From an uncultured cyanobacterium (GTDB lineage Bacteria > Cyanobacteriota > Cyanobacteriia > Cyanobacteriales > Geitlerinemataceae), in assembly GCA_937899645.1 (NCBI GenBank), contig CALCCD010000128.1:21357-85356 (forward strand): a stretch of DNA of 64,000 nucleotides, given 5' to 3'. The position numbers and the translations under genes were made by a program. Below the pieces are notes generated by a model that was not told where the DNA came from, made no database searches, and was given only the letters and a program-made list of their open reading frames with translations. Below, one piece after another: positions 48,701 through 55,937 of this stretch. Each line of letters starts with the position of its first letter. Position 1 is the first letter of the stretch.

Positions 48701-48805
48701 GCTTTGGCCCGCCTCAAATGCGGCGATACCTTCAGTCATGGCTGCGAGTTCTTGCTGGCTCGCGCTGCGAAAGAGATCCCGCAGTTCTGCGTCTTCGATC
48801 TGCAT
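45758..48805 (-). CDS. cheA: CheA-type hybrid histidine kinase (2 Hpt - dimerisation - HATPase - CheW-like - receiver)
   Basis: Hpt motifs HAMKGSAGMLG and HSIKGDSGMLG. HATPase motifs (IRNAIDHGIE, DNGRGLD, GRGVGLDVV). CheW-like segment and C-terminal REC (ILLAEDS...DVQMPNLDG). Start trimmed from 49060 to the ATG at 48805 (MQIEDAELRD). Confidence 0.85.
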   Translation of the reverse strand: MQIEDAELRDLFRSASQQELAAMTEGIAAFEAGQSSGEFDAAKVTAMLHRTHAMKGSAGMLGLKDVATLTRQWEELARKVARGEAEPCESTIATLRQGLEALTALVDEALTGEPSGIQTFYVLAQLMNPMATIVPGGGAASSSASRQTEALDAETGGFAEVPTESERPLEQASLEASPEVNPESRPEVRSEISPETGASDPTEAAGIAADAIDAVPTPAPAPIAPISAISQVAHFIDDEELRDIFRVASADHLEQLDAGLLHLERHPDDTARLDSVLREIHSIKGDSGMLGVEALVPLAHAWEQQLIPVKESSIALTSELCDRLALGIERIRALVNQATEGTPIDFEIATAIAELEAPGAAPPARSARLSSPPTSTASPAATSAQAPGAASTATSSATPHVNEGEVASNRPDLVEEMTRQALGRSSHEGSNYQIDTIRVATRHLDALLTQVGELTVSKSRIAHRMAEIGAIASQLESLNRRAFANRFAWDGLGDPNISREAALVLRKVRDYHSKVEQNIERLSARVEALHAAIGEDTTRLETVSAKLEDGIQTLRLLPLSTIFNLYPRMVRDLARSQGKSINFQIEGGETLADKRVLEEMKDPLMHIIRNAIDHGIETPEERQRCGKPAEATLILRGYQSANSTTIEVSDNGRGLDLDKIRQTALKRNLCREEDLAAMSPNQVQSLIFMPGFSTRSFVTEVSGRGVGLDVVHANVERLKGKIAIDSEFGQGCTMHVELGSMLSTTNVLLVELNQMPFAIPVEYIRSTATLSPDDIFLMENRETILVDSRPVSLARLGNLLGLPHAVTLNERKYLSCVILSVDGELLAIVVDRSIDQQDTLLKPQSKLLRRVRNVSGATILGTGEVCMVLHPPDLIESVRGIAAPVAAAIDEPRKAKLRILLAEDSIATRTQEKRILEAAGFEVTPAVDGLDAFNKLRSSEFDAIVSDVQMPNLDGLQLTARVRQESRYTELPIVLVTSLATDEDRRRGAEAGANAYITKSSFNQAILIETLNRLI

Positions 48806-49129
48806 ACTCGAGTTTCGCCTCTTTAGCGCTGCCAGAACTACGATAAAGCACGAGGATTTTCGGCGCGTCCGCCAGTCCGCTAACGAGCGACGGCAGGTCG
48901 GAGCGATAGCGAGCCGAAACGAGAACAAAATCGCTAGCCGATCGCCCCCGATTTTTTCGGTGCTGTCAATAACAACATACGATCGTGAATCGTCGCTCTC
49001 AGCAATACCGGCGCAGTTTGCAGAAATTTTGAGGCATTCCCCGTAGGGGAGCGAAAACACCCAGGAGGCCGCGCGATCGCATTCCAGCTCGATATTGAGA
49101 CCCTCTCCGCCCTGAGCCTGTCGCTGCGC

Positions 49130-49747
49130 GTGGCGGGTGGTGCAATGTTGGCGATCGTGCCCGTCGGCCTAAGCCTAGGCTACCTGTTCGCCCGATCGCG
49201 ACTTTGGGGCTGGCTGGAGGCGATTGTCATGCTGCCGCTGGTGTTGCCGCCGGTCGCGGTGGGGTTTCTGCTGCTCGTGCTGCTCGGACGCAGCGGGCCG
49301 GTGGGACGGGCGATCGAAGCGGCGACGGGGCGATCGCTCGTCTTTTCCTGGATCGGCGCGGCGATCGCAGCGGCGATCGTGGCGCTGCCGCTGATGGTCA
49401 AAACCACCAAAGCTGCCCTGCAAAGCGTCGATCCGGTGTACCTTCAGGCCGCCGCCATCTTGGGTAACTCACCGCTACGGGTCTTCTGGCGAGTCTGGCT
49501 ACCGCTGGCGTGGCGCGGCATTCTGGCCGGAGTTGCCCTCAGCTTCGGGCGGGCGCTCGGCGAGTTCGGCGCGACGGTGATGGTGGCGGGCAATATCCCG
49601 CAAGTGACCCAAACGCTGCCGATGGCGATTTACGAGGCGGTGCAGGTAGGCGACGACGATCGCGCGGTGGTGCTGGTGGCGCTGCTGGGCGCACTGTCGA
49701 TCGCGACGGTCTGGCTGAGCAACTGTCTCGACGGGCGATCGCGCTAA
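49130..49747 (+). CDS. modB: Molybdate ABC transporter permease ModB (N-terminus uncertain)
   Basis: MLPLVLPPVAVGFLLL and the EAA loop (LQAAAILGNSPLRVFWRVWLP...GRALGEFGATVMVAGN) match ModB/CysT-type permeases. Homology continues upstream of the first canonical start (see finding). Confidence 0.75.
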   Translation: MAGGAMLAIVPVGLSLGYLFARSRLWGWLEAIVMLPLVLPPVAVGFLLLVLLGRSGPVGRAIEAATGRSLVFSWIGAAIAAAIVALPLMVKTTKAALQSVDPVYLQAAAILGNSPLRVFWRVWLPLAWRGILAGVALSFGRALGEFGATVMVAGNIPQVTQTLPMAIYEAVQVGDDDRAVVLVALLGALSIATVWLSNCLDGRSR

Positions 49748-49835
49748 GCGCCCCGAGCCATTCACCATCGCGACTTCCCGGCCCCCGCGCCTACAATTGA
49801 TAGATAAGTGAGGGCACTCTCGTCGGAGAAGACAG

Positions 49836-50600
49836 ATGGACAGCAGCGCAAACGTTTCGGTCACGCTCGATATCCCGCAGGAAATGTGGGAGAGCTTGCA
49901 GCACATCGCCCGCGAGAAGGGCGAAGACGCTCGTGCGCTGCTGCGGACGTATCTCGATCGCGGTGTGAAGCGCGATCGCGCGGACTCTCCGAAGCGCTAT
50001 CTGCTCGACACGTGCATTTTTAACAAGCTAGTCGAGGGTTCGCTGCACCACTCCGATCTTCCACAAGATGGCCGCTACGTTATTACCCACGCCCAGCTTG
50101 ACGAAATCAACAATACTCCTGACACGTATAAAGAGAAGCGGGCGCGCCTTGTATTATCAGCCCTAAAAGACCTTCAGCTCGATCTCGTTCCAACTTCAGA
50201 TTGTTTAGCTGATTTCAGCCGTGTGGGTATGGCATATGTAAGTGACTCAGATATATTTGATTTGCTGAAAGCTGCGCTAGATAAACGTCGAAAGAAAAGT
50301 AGTAATACAGTTGATGCACTCCTCGCATCCAGTGCGATACAGCAGGGTCTCATACTCATAACAACGGATCGCAACTTGAGCGACGTTGCTCAACAGTATG
50401 GATGTGACGTCGTCTTTCTAGAGAGCAAGGGACTAGCGGCTGAAGAACCGAACGAGACGGTGAATAAATCTCTGCCGTTCTTTGAGGCGATCGCCGGGAT
50501 TGGCGCTTCCGATGAAGGAGATATATCTGAAAATGATGAAGAATTTCTCCGCCGTGAAATTCATCCCATTTATGGCTGGTCAACGAAACCAAATCAATAA
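49836..50600 (+). CDS. Fusion protein: RHH (CopG-like) segment + PIN domain + C-terminal VapB-like tail
   Basis: VSVTLDIPQEMWESLQHIAREKGEDARALLRTYLDRGV shows a ribbon-helix-helix pattern. RYLLDTCIFNKL ... VDALLASSAIQQGLILITTDRNL shows the PIN acidic motifs. The tail FFEAIAGIGASDEGDISENDEEFLRREIHPIYGWS resembles antitoxin C-termini. Confidence 0.65.
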   Translation: MDSSANVSVTLDIPQEMWESLQHIAREKGEDARALLRTYLDRGVKRDRADSPKRYLLDTCIFNKLVEGSLHHSDLPQDGRYVITHAQLDEINNTPDTYKEKRARLVLSALKDLQLDLVPTSDCLADFSRVGMAYVSDSDIFDLLKAALDKRRKKSSNTVDALLASSAIQQGLILITTDRNLSDVAQQYGCDVVFLESKGLAAEEPNETVNKSLPFFEAIAGIGASDEGDISENDEEFLRREIHPIYGWSTKPNQ

Positions 50601-51014
50601 ATGGTTGCCATTCTAGACTCGAGCTTTCTCTTTGCCCTGACCAATGGAAAAGACCGAAGTCACGACATCGTTTTAAAGACAGCACGGGGACTGCAAGGTA
50701 AATCTATTCTGCCCGATGTGGTTTTGCCTGAAGTTTGCCACCTGATTCTCGCGCGGCTCGGCCACTTCACCATGCGCCAATTTCTCCGTAGCCTCGACCC
50801 AGAACACCTTCAGCTAGAACCGCTGCACGCCGAAGATCTCGTGCGCGCTCGGGCATTGCTCGAAACATATGCGAATATTCAGCTCGACCTTGCAGATGCT
50901 GCGATTATCGCGATCGCTGAGCGCTTGAACATCACGCAAATCTGCACCCTCGATCGCCGCGACTTCTCGATCGTCCGTCCCCGACACTGCGAGTACTTCG
51001 AGGTGTTGCCCTGA
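50601..51014 (+). CDS. vapC: PIN-domain toxin VapC
   Basis: MVAILDSSFLFAL (Asp 1), LPEVCHL (Glu), LDLADAAIIAIAERL and CTLDRRDF (Asp 3/4). Its ATG immediately follows the upstream TAA (TAAATG). Confidence 0.8.
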   Translation: MVAILDSSFLFALTNGKDRSHDIVLKTARGLQGKSILPDVVLPEVCHLILARLGHFTMRQFLRSLDPEHLQLEPLHAEDLVRARALLETYANIQLDLADAAIIAIAERLNITQICTLDRRDFSIVRPRHCEYFEVLP

Positions 51015-51048
51015 GCCAGACAGCCAGAGCGTGTCTCCAGACCCGGCA

Positions 51049-51909
51049 TCACTTCGCCGCCGCACGCGCCTGGATGTAGTCAGTGTTGAGAAAAAGCAGG
51101 ATTTGGTTGAACTGGAAGACGCTCCAAATCAAAAAGCCGACCGTGTTGCCAACCACGAATCCCAACGTCACCGGACTACCCGCCTCTCCCATCAGCACGA
51201 TGCCGTTGAGGCCGATCGCCGTGAGAACCAGAGGCACGAACCAGTAGGCGACGATACCCGTGACAATGCCCGCAAAAATGTAGCTCGCCGACATTTTCAG
51301 CGGAATGGCTTTGACGATCCGAGAGTGACTGTATTTAAGCGAATCGGGCTCGACGTGTTCGCGCAGCGCCAGCGCGAAGGGAAATAGCGAATAGTTAAAT
51401 GCCGGGATCAGTATTCCAACTATCAGCAGCAGCGCGAAAGGGATACTGACAAGCGAGACGCGCAGCTCCGCGAGCAAAAGCTTTACGTACTTGCTAAAGG
51501 TAAGGCGCAGCGCTTCAAAATAGCCCACCGATCGCCCCTCGATTTCGCCTTCCGACAAATAAGCTAGGGGCGTGCAAGACAGAGGAAAATAGAAAAAGGC
51601 CACGACAACGAGCGCACCGTAGAACATCAGCGTCTTTTGCATTATCTCGGCGCTGACGCTGGGATCTAGGGATTGTGGATCGACGCCTTGATACTGAAGG
51701 AAGTCTAGCGCCAGCGTGCCGAAAAGCACGGTCGTTAGAATGGCGTAGGGTAAATGAATGGTGAGGGTATGCTGAAGCAGCCAAGGCAATTTTCTAGAAA
51801 AGAGGCCGACGCTTGCAGCGAATAGCTCGAAAATGTTGAGCTTGCGTTCCTTGATTCCCGAAAGTGACATGGGTCTTACAGGCTGAGGTGAAAAGTACTC
51901 ACCAGACAT
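51049..51909 (-). CDS. Polytopic membrane protein, function unknown
   Basis: 286-aa ORF with about 6 hydrophobic segments. AT-richer than the flanks. No motif recognised. Confidence 0.55.
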   Translation of the reverse strand: MSGEYFSPQPVRPMSLSGIKERKLNIFELFAASVGLFSRKLPWLLQHTLTIHLPYAILTTVLFGTLALDFLQYQGVDPQSLDPSVSAEIMQKTLMFYGALVVVAFFYFPLSCTPLAYLSEGEIEGRSVGYFEALRLTFSKYVKLLLAELRVSLVSIPFALLLIVGILIPAFNYSLFPFALALREHVEPDSLKYSHSRIVKAIPLKMSASYIFAGIVTGIVAYWFVPLVLTAIGLNGIVLMGEAGSPVTLGFVVGNTVGFLIWSVFQFNQILLFLNTDYIQARAAAK

Positions 51910-52104
51910 AGCACGCCACTTTCAAGGGTTACGGTCTTTGGCTCGGAGTCTTAATATTTTCGATCCCAAACAGAAGAGTCCTTGCAATCTCGGCCCTATC
52001 TCTATAAGTTCCCGTAATGACGTGCGCAGTTTCGGCAAACGGGAATCTCCGATCGCAGCCGAATCGTCAGAACTTGCTGGCGACTTTTCGGGAGCGAAAC
52101 GCGA

Positions 52105-53004
52105 CTAGCGCCCCCGCTGCGGCTCGACCGACTCGGTGACGCCCTCGCCAAACAGCGACAGCCCCGTCGCCATTAGCGTCATCGCCCCGCCGGGAAATAG
52201 CGCCGTCCACCAAATGCCCGTCGGTAGCGCCTCTAGCGCCTGACGCAGATCGCTGCCCCACTCCGGCACGCTTTCGGGCAAACCGAGACCGAGGAAACCA
52301 AGGCCGCCCAAAATCAGAATCGCGTCGGCGGCGTTGAGCGCAAACAGTACCGGCACGCTTTGGATGACGTTGCCAAATAGGTACTTCCGCAGAATCCAGC
52401 CCGTCGGTGCGCCCATTGCCTGTGCGGCTTCGACGAATAGCTCGGTCTTGACGCTGACGGTTTGGTTGCGGACGACGCGATAGTACTGCGGCACGTAGGC
52501 GATGCTCAGCGCGATCGCGGCGTTGAATAAACCACGTCCGACGACGAACGCCAGCGTAATCGAAAGCAGCAGGCCGGGAAGCGTATAGATCGCGTCCATC
52601 ACGAACAGCAAAATGCGATCGACCCAGCCACCGAGATAGCCGCCGAGCAAACCGAGCGGCACGCCGATCGCCACACTCATCAGCGTCGCCAAAATCACGA
52701 CCTGCAAAGCCGCCCGCGCTCCGAACAGCGTCCGTGAAAATACGTCGTAGCCCTGTCGGGTCGTACCGAACCAGTGCGCGCCCGACGGCGATTCGTGGAT
52801 GGGGTTGCTCAGCAGCTCGTTGGGATCTTGAAGAATGCCGACCTGGGCGAGCAGCGGTGCAAACAGCGCGATCGCCACGAAAGCCAGCGTCATCAGCGCG
52901 CCGATCTGCATCAGTCGCCGCGACACCGACACGCGGCCGCGCGGCCACAGGATCGACTGCAGGCGAGCGATGGGAGTTAGGGCGGGCGGTTCGATGGGGG
53001 TCAT
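52105..53004 (-). CDS. ABC transporter permease, DppC/OppC family
   Basis: GTTRQGYDVFSR and the EAA-type loop EAAQAMGAPTGWILRKYLFGNV, typical of peptide/nickel permease subunit C. Confidence 0.85.
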   Translation of the reverse strand: MTPIEPPALTPIARLQSILWPRGRVSVSRRLMQIGALMTLAFVAIALFAPLLAQVGILQDPNELLSNPIHESPSGAHWFGTTRQGYDVFSRTLFGARAALQVVILATLMSVAIGVPLGLLGGYLGGWVDRILLFVMDAIYTLPGLLLSITLAFVVGRGLFNAAIALSIAYVPQYYRVVRNQTVSVKTELFVEAAQAMGAPTGWILRKYLFGNVIQSVPVLFALNAADAILILGGLGFLGLGLPESVPEWGSDLRQALEALPTGIWWTALFPGGAMTLMATGLSLFGEGVTESVEPQRGR

Positions 53005-53265
53005 CGCGGTTGCCGAAAGGTCAGGGCCATCTTCCCACGATCGCGATATCCCGAGCGCCTTAGCGACACGCGCGCCAGCCCCAATTCTGGCGAAATTCTT
53101 TAGAGTGCATTAAGCTCACCCGCCGCAGCGGAATGCTAGCGATCCCTGCGCTACGATCGCGGCAAAGGCCAGGTGCGCGTGTTGCGTTTCGTTCGGTGCG
53201 CTCGGCCAGCGGCAGTTAGTGGCAGCTTCCCAACGCCCGCGATCGCCCCACACCCTAAGGCTTTT

Positions 53266-54795
53266 ATGGTTTCACTGGCAGAAAATCCCCTGCGCGTCGG
53301 CCTCCAGCAGGATCGCGTCCCCGACCCGCAAATCTTGATTATTTTCGGTGCGTCCGGTGACTTGACCCAGCGTAAGCTCGTCCCCGCCATCTATCAGATG
53401 CACCTAGAGCGACGCCTCCCGCCGGAAATCACGATCGTGGGCGTGGCGCGGCGCGAATGGAGCCACGACTTCTTCCGCGAACACATGCGCGAGGGCGTTG
53501 AAGAGTTCGGCGGCGGCCTGCAGTCCGAGGAAGTTTGGAACAGCTTCGCGAAGGGACTGTTTTACTGTCCCGGAAATATCGACAATCCCGAGAGCTACCA
53601 AGAGCTAGAAGCGTTCCTCGCCGAGCTGGACAAACAGCGGGGCACGCGTGGCAACCGCGTCTTCTATCTTTCCGTTGCGCCGCGCTTCTTCGCCGAGGCG
53701 ACCCAGCAGCTCGGCAAGGCCGGAATGCTCGACGACCCGAACAAGCAACGACTGGCGATCGAGAAACCCTTCGGTCGCGACCTCGCCACCGCCCAGGAAC
53801 TCAACCGCGTCGTTCAGAATGTCTGCGACGAGCGCCAGATCTACCGAATCGACCACTACCTCGGCAAAGAAACCGTCCAGAACCTGCTGGTTTTCCGGTT
53901 CGCTAACGCCATTTTCGAGCCGCTCTGGAACCGGCAGTACGTCGATCACGTGCAGATCACCGTCGCCGAAAAAGTCGGCCTAGAGGGGCGCGCTGGATAT
54001 TACGAAACGGCGGGCGCGCTGCGAGATATGGTGCAAAACCACCTGATGCAGCTCTTTTGTCTGACGGCGATGGAGCCGCCGAACTCCCTTGATGCCGACA
54101 GCATTCGCGGCGAAAAGGTGAAAGTCCTTCAGGCGACGAGTCTGGCCGACGCAGACAACATCGATCGCTCCGCCGTACGCGGCCAGTACACCAGCGGCTG
54201 GATGGGCGGCAAAACCGTCCCCGGCTACCGCGACGAAGAGGGAGCCAGCCCTGGCACGACGACACCAACCTACGCAGCCATCAAGCTGCATATCGATAAC
54301 TGGCGCTGGAAAGGCGTGCCATTCTACCTGCGGACGGGCAAGCGCATGCCCAAAAAAGTGTCTGAAATCGCAATCCAGTTCAAGGATGTGCCGTTTTTGA
54401 TGTTCCCGTCGGCGGCGAAGCAGGCGAACCCGAACGTTTTGGCGATGCGAATCCAGCCGAATGAGGGCATCGGGATGCGCTTCGAGGTGAAGACGCCGGG
54501 GAGTTCGCTACGAACGCGATCGGTGGAGATGGACTTCCGCTACGATGCAGCGTTCGGAAAGGCGAATACGGATGCCTACAGTCGCCTGCTGATCGACTGC
54601 ATGTTGGGGGATCAGACGCTATTTACGCGGGGCGATGAGGCGGAGTCGTCGTGGCGAATCCTGACGCCGCTGTTGCAGGTGTGGGATGCGCCCGCGCCGC
54701 CGGAGTCAATCCCGCTGTATGAGGCGGGAACGTGGGAGCCGGTGGAGGCGGAGTTGTTGATGAATCGCGATGGTCGCCGTTGGCGTCGGTTGTGA
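53266..54795 (+). CDS. zwf: Glucose-6-phosphate 1-dehydrogenase
   Basis: [17 protein letters not shown] motif and the active-site RIDHYLGKE. Start trimmed to the ATG at 53266, giving 509 aa. Confidence 0.9.
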   Translation: MVSLAENPLRVGLQQDRVPDPQILIIFGASGDLTQRKLVPAIYQMHLERRLPPEITIVGVARREWSHDFFREHMREGVEEFGGGLQSEEVWNSFAKGLFYCPGNIDNPESYQELEAFLAELDKQRGTRGNRVFYLSVAPRFFAEATQQLGKAGMLDDPNKQRLAIEKPFGRDLATAQELNRVVQNVCDERQIYRIDHYLGKETVQNLLVFRFANAIFEPLWNRQYVDHVQITVAEKVGLEGRAGYYETAGALRDMVQNHLMQLFCLTAMEPPNSLDADSIRGEKVKVLQATSLADADNIDRSAVRGQYTSGWMGGKTVPGYRDEEGASPGTTTPTYAAIKLHIDNWRWKGVPFYLRTGKRMPKKVSEIAIQFKDVPFLMFPSAAKQANPNVLAMRIQPNEGIGMRFEVKTPGSSLRTRSVEMDFRYDAAFGKANTDAYSRLLIDCMLGDQTLFTRGDEAESSWRILTPLLQVWDAPAPPESIPLYEAGTWEPVEAELLMNRDGRRWRRL

Positions 54796-54806
54796 TTCGG
54801 TCTATT

Positions 54807-54966
54807 CGGTAGGGTGTGTTATTGCAGCGGCGATCTTTGGGTTCTACGAACAATTGATACAGGCAATAACGCACCGCCGGATGTGGTACGAGATCGCGGT
54901 GCGTTACGGCGAAATTCAAGGTATCGCGATCGGGTCAATCCTTTCGCCGCCGAACACACCCTACCG
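54807..54966. repeat. 160-nt nested inverted-repeat element
   Basis: 14-bp perfect outer stem 54807-54820/54953-54966. Inner stems: 54818-25/54863-70 (8 bp, extendable to 12 with one G-T), 54868-77/54896-905 (10 bp), 54907-14/54942-49 (8 bp). Confidence 0.6.
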
Positions 54967-55011
54967 CTGCACCACATTTTTTAGAGACCACAGAAGATAG
55001 GTTTTTCTTAA

Positions 55012-55575
55012 ATGAACGCTAGCAATATTCAGGATGCAAACTATACCCAGATGGTATCCTTCATCGAGCGAAATAACTTCACGTTCCAGGAGAAAGAGGA
55101 AAATGGAGCGAAGCGAATTGACGTTCAAAGTGGCAAGAATAAATGTTGTATCAAGGTTTATTCAACTGGAACTATTCAAGTTCAAGGATCTAATTCGCGA
55201 CTAAAAGAAATTCTGGAACAGGCTAAGACCGCGATTGAAAATGAAGAAGCTCTTGATGAAATCCTCCCGTTTGAAATAGAAAGATTTCCGAATGTCTTAC
55301 GAGAGACAATTGCAGATATCGATCTTGTGATCGTGAGATTCATAGAGGAAGCAATCTTAAGCTACAAGGCGAAATCTTTACTTGGATGTGCTTTCTTGCT
55401 CGGCAGTGCATCAGAGAAAGCCATCCTGCTCTTGATTGAAACATACGGAAATGCGATTGATGACGATAAGAATAGAACAAAATTCCAGAATCGAATCAAA
55501 GGGAAGTTTATTAGCAAAGCTTTTGATGAATTCAAAATCTCCTTTAAGAGCTCAAAAAATAAACCTGATGGATAA
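55012..55575 (+). CDS. TBP-like (RNase HIII N-terminal-like) domain plus the first half of a HEPN-like helical domain
   Basis: KCCIKVYSTGTIQVQGSNS resembles B. subtilis RNase HIII N-domain CTITAYQSGKVLFQGKNA (recalled from memory). The helical region IEEAILSYKAKSLLGCAFLLGSASEKAILLLIE follows. AT-rich codons. Confidence 0.55.
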   Translation: MNASNIQDANYTQMVSFIERNNFTFQEKEENGAKRIDVQSGKNKCCIKVYSTGTIQVQGSNSRLKEILEQAKTAIENEEALDEILPFEIERFPNVLRETIADIDLVIVRFIEEAILSYKAKSLLGCAFLLGSASEKAILLLIETYGNAIDDDKNRTKFQNRIKGKFISKAFDEFKISFKSSKNKPDG

Positions 55576-55780
55576 AAATTCATGGAGCCACGATCTGGAG
55601 ATCAAGATAGAGAGTATTTTTCAGTTCTGTCGCATTTGTCGGAATGAGGTTGGGCATCCTCAACTCCCGCCAAATTTAGACAAAGGGGTGCTCCTCTCCA
55701 ATATGGGACAGTTTGTTAAGTACACAGAAGATTTATACGAGCTGATTCATTACTACCAAAATAATAACGTTGAGTTGTAG
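55568..55780 (+). CDS. C-terminal half of the HEPN-like domain (RNxxxH); overlaps the upstream ORF by 8 nt in the +1 frame
   Basis: ESIFQFCRICRNEVGHPQLP contains the R-N-x3-H HEPN signature. Removing one A from the A6 tract at 55554-55559 joins it in frame to 55012-55575. Confidence 0.45.
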   Translation: MDKNSWSHDLEIKIESIFQFCRICRNEVGHPQLPPNLDKGVLLSNMGQFVKYTEDLYELIHYYQNNNVEL

Positions 55781-55788
55781 ATTTTTTC

Positions 55789-55903
55789 TCGTTCCCACGC
55801 TCCGCGTGGTACACGCAATCTCCAGACGCTCTGCGTCGCAACTTTCTCCACACACGGGACGCAGAGCGTCCGAATGGCATTCCCACGCAGAGCGTAGGAA
55901 CGA
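55789..55903. repeat. Palindromic mini-element (MITE-like cluster of short inverted repeats)
   Basis: CGTTCCCACGC (55790-55800) pairs with GCGTAGGAACG (55892-55902, one mismatch). Internal palindromes CCACGC..GCGTGG, GACGC..GCGTC and GGACGC..GCGTCC. Confidence 0.6.
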
Positions 55904-55937
55904 TAGGTAAAACCGATTTACTCCAGCGGGGGCGATC

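Noticed and set aside
48806-49060. N-terminal extensions offered by the ORF track (cheA to 49060, ABC ATPase to 31210, zwf from 53173, hup to 3024, ccmP from 24946, the giant kinase to 15216, the methyltransferase to 43072).
   Set aside because: The extensions are low-complexity or Cys/Arg-rich. Family alignments as I recall them begin at the internal Met, and the trimmed lengths match family norms (Zwf 509 aa, CcmP 214 aa, MalK-like 365 aa).
54770-55000. 76-aa ORF overlapping the zwf stop and the nested inverted repeat.
   Set aside because: It simply reads through the palindromic element, has no ribosome-binding site or motif, and overlaps zwf.
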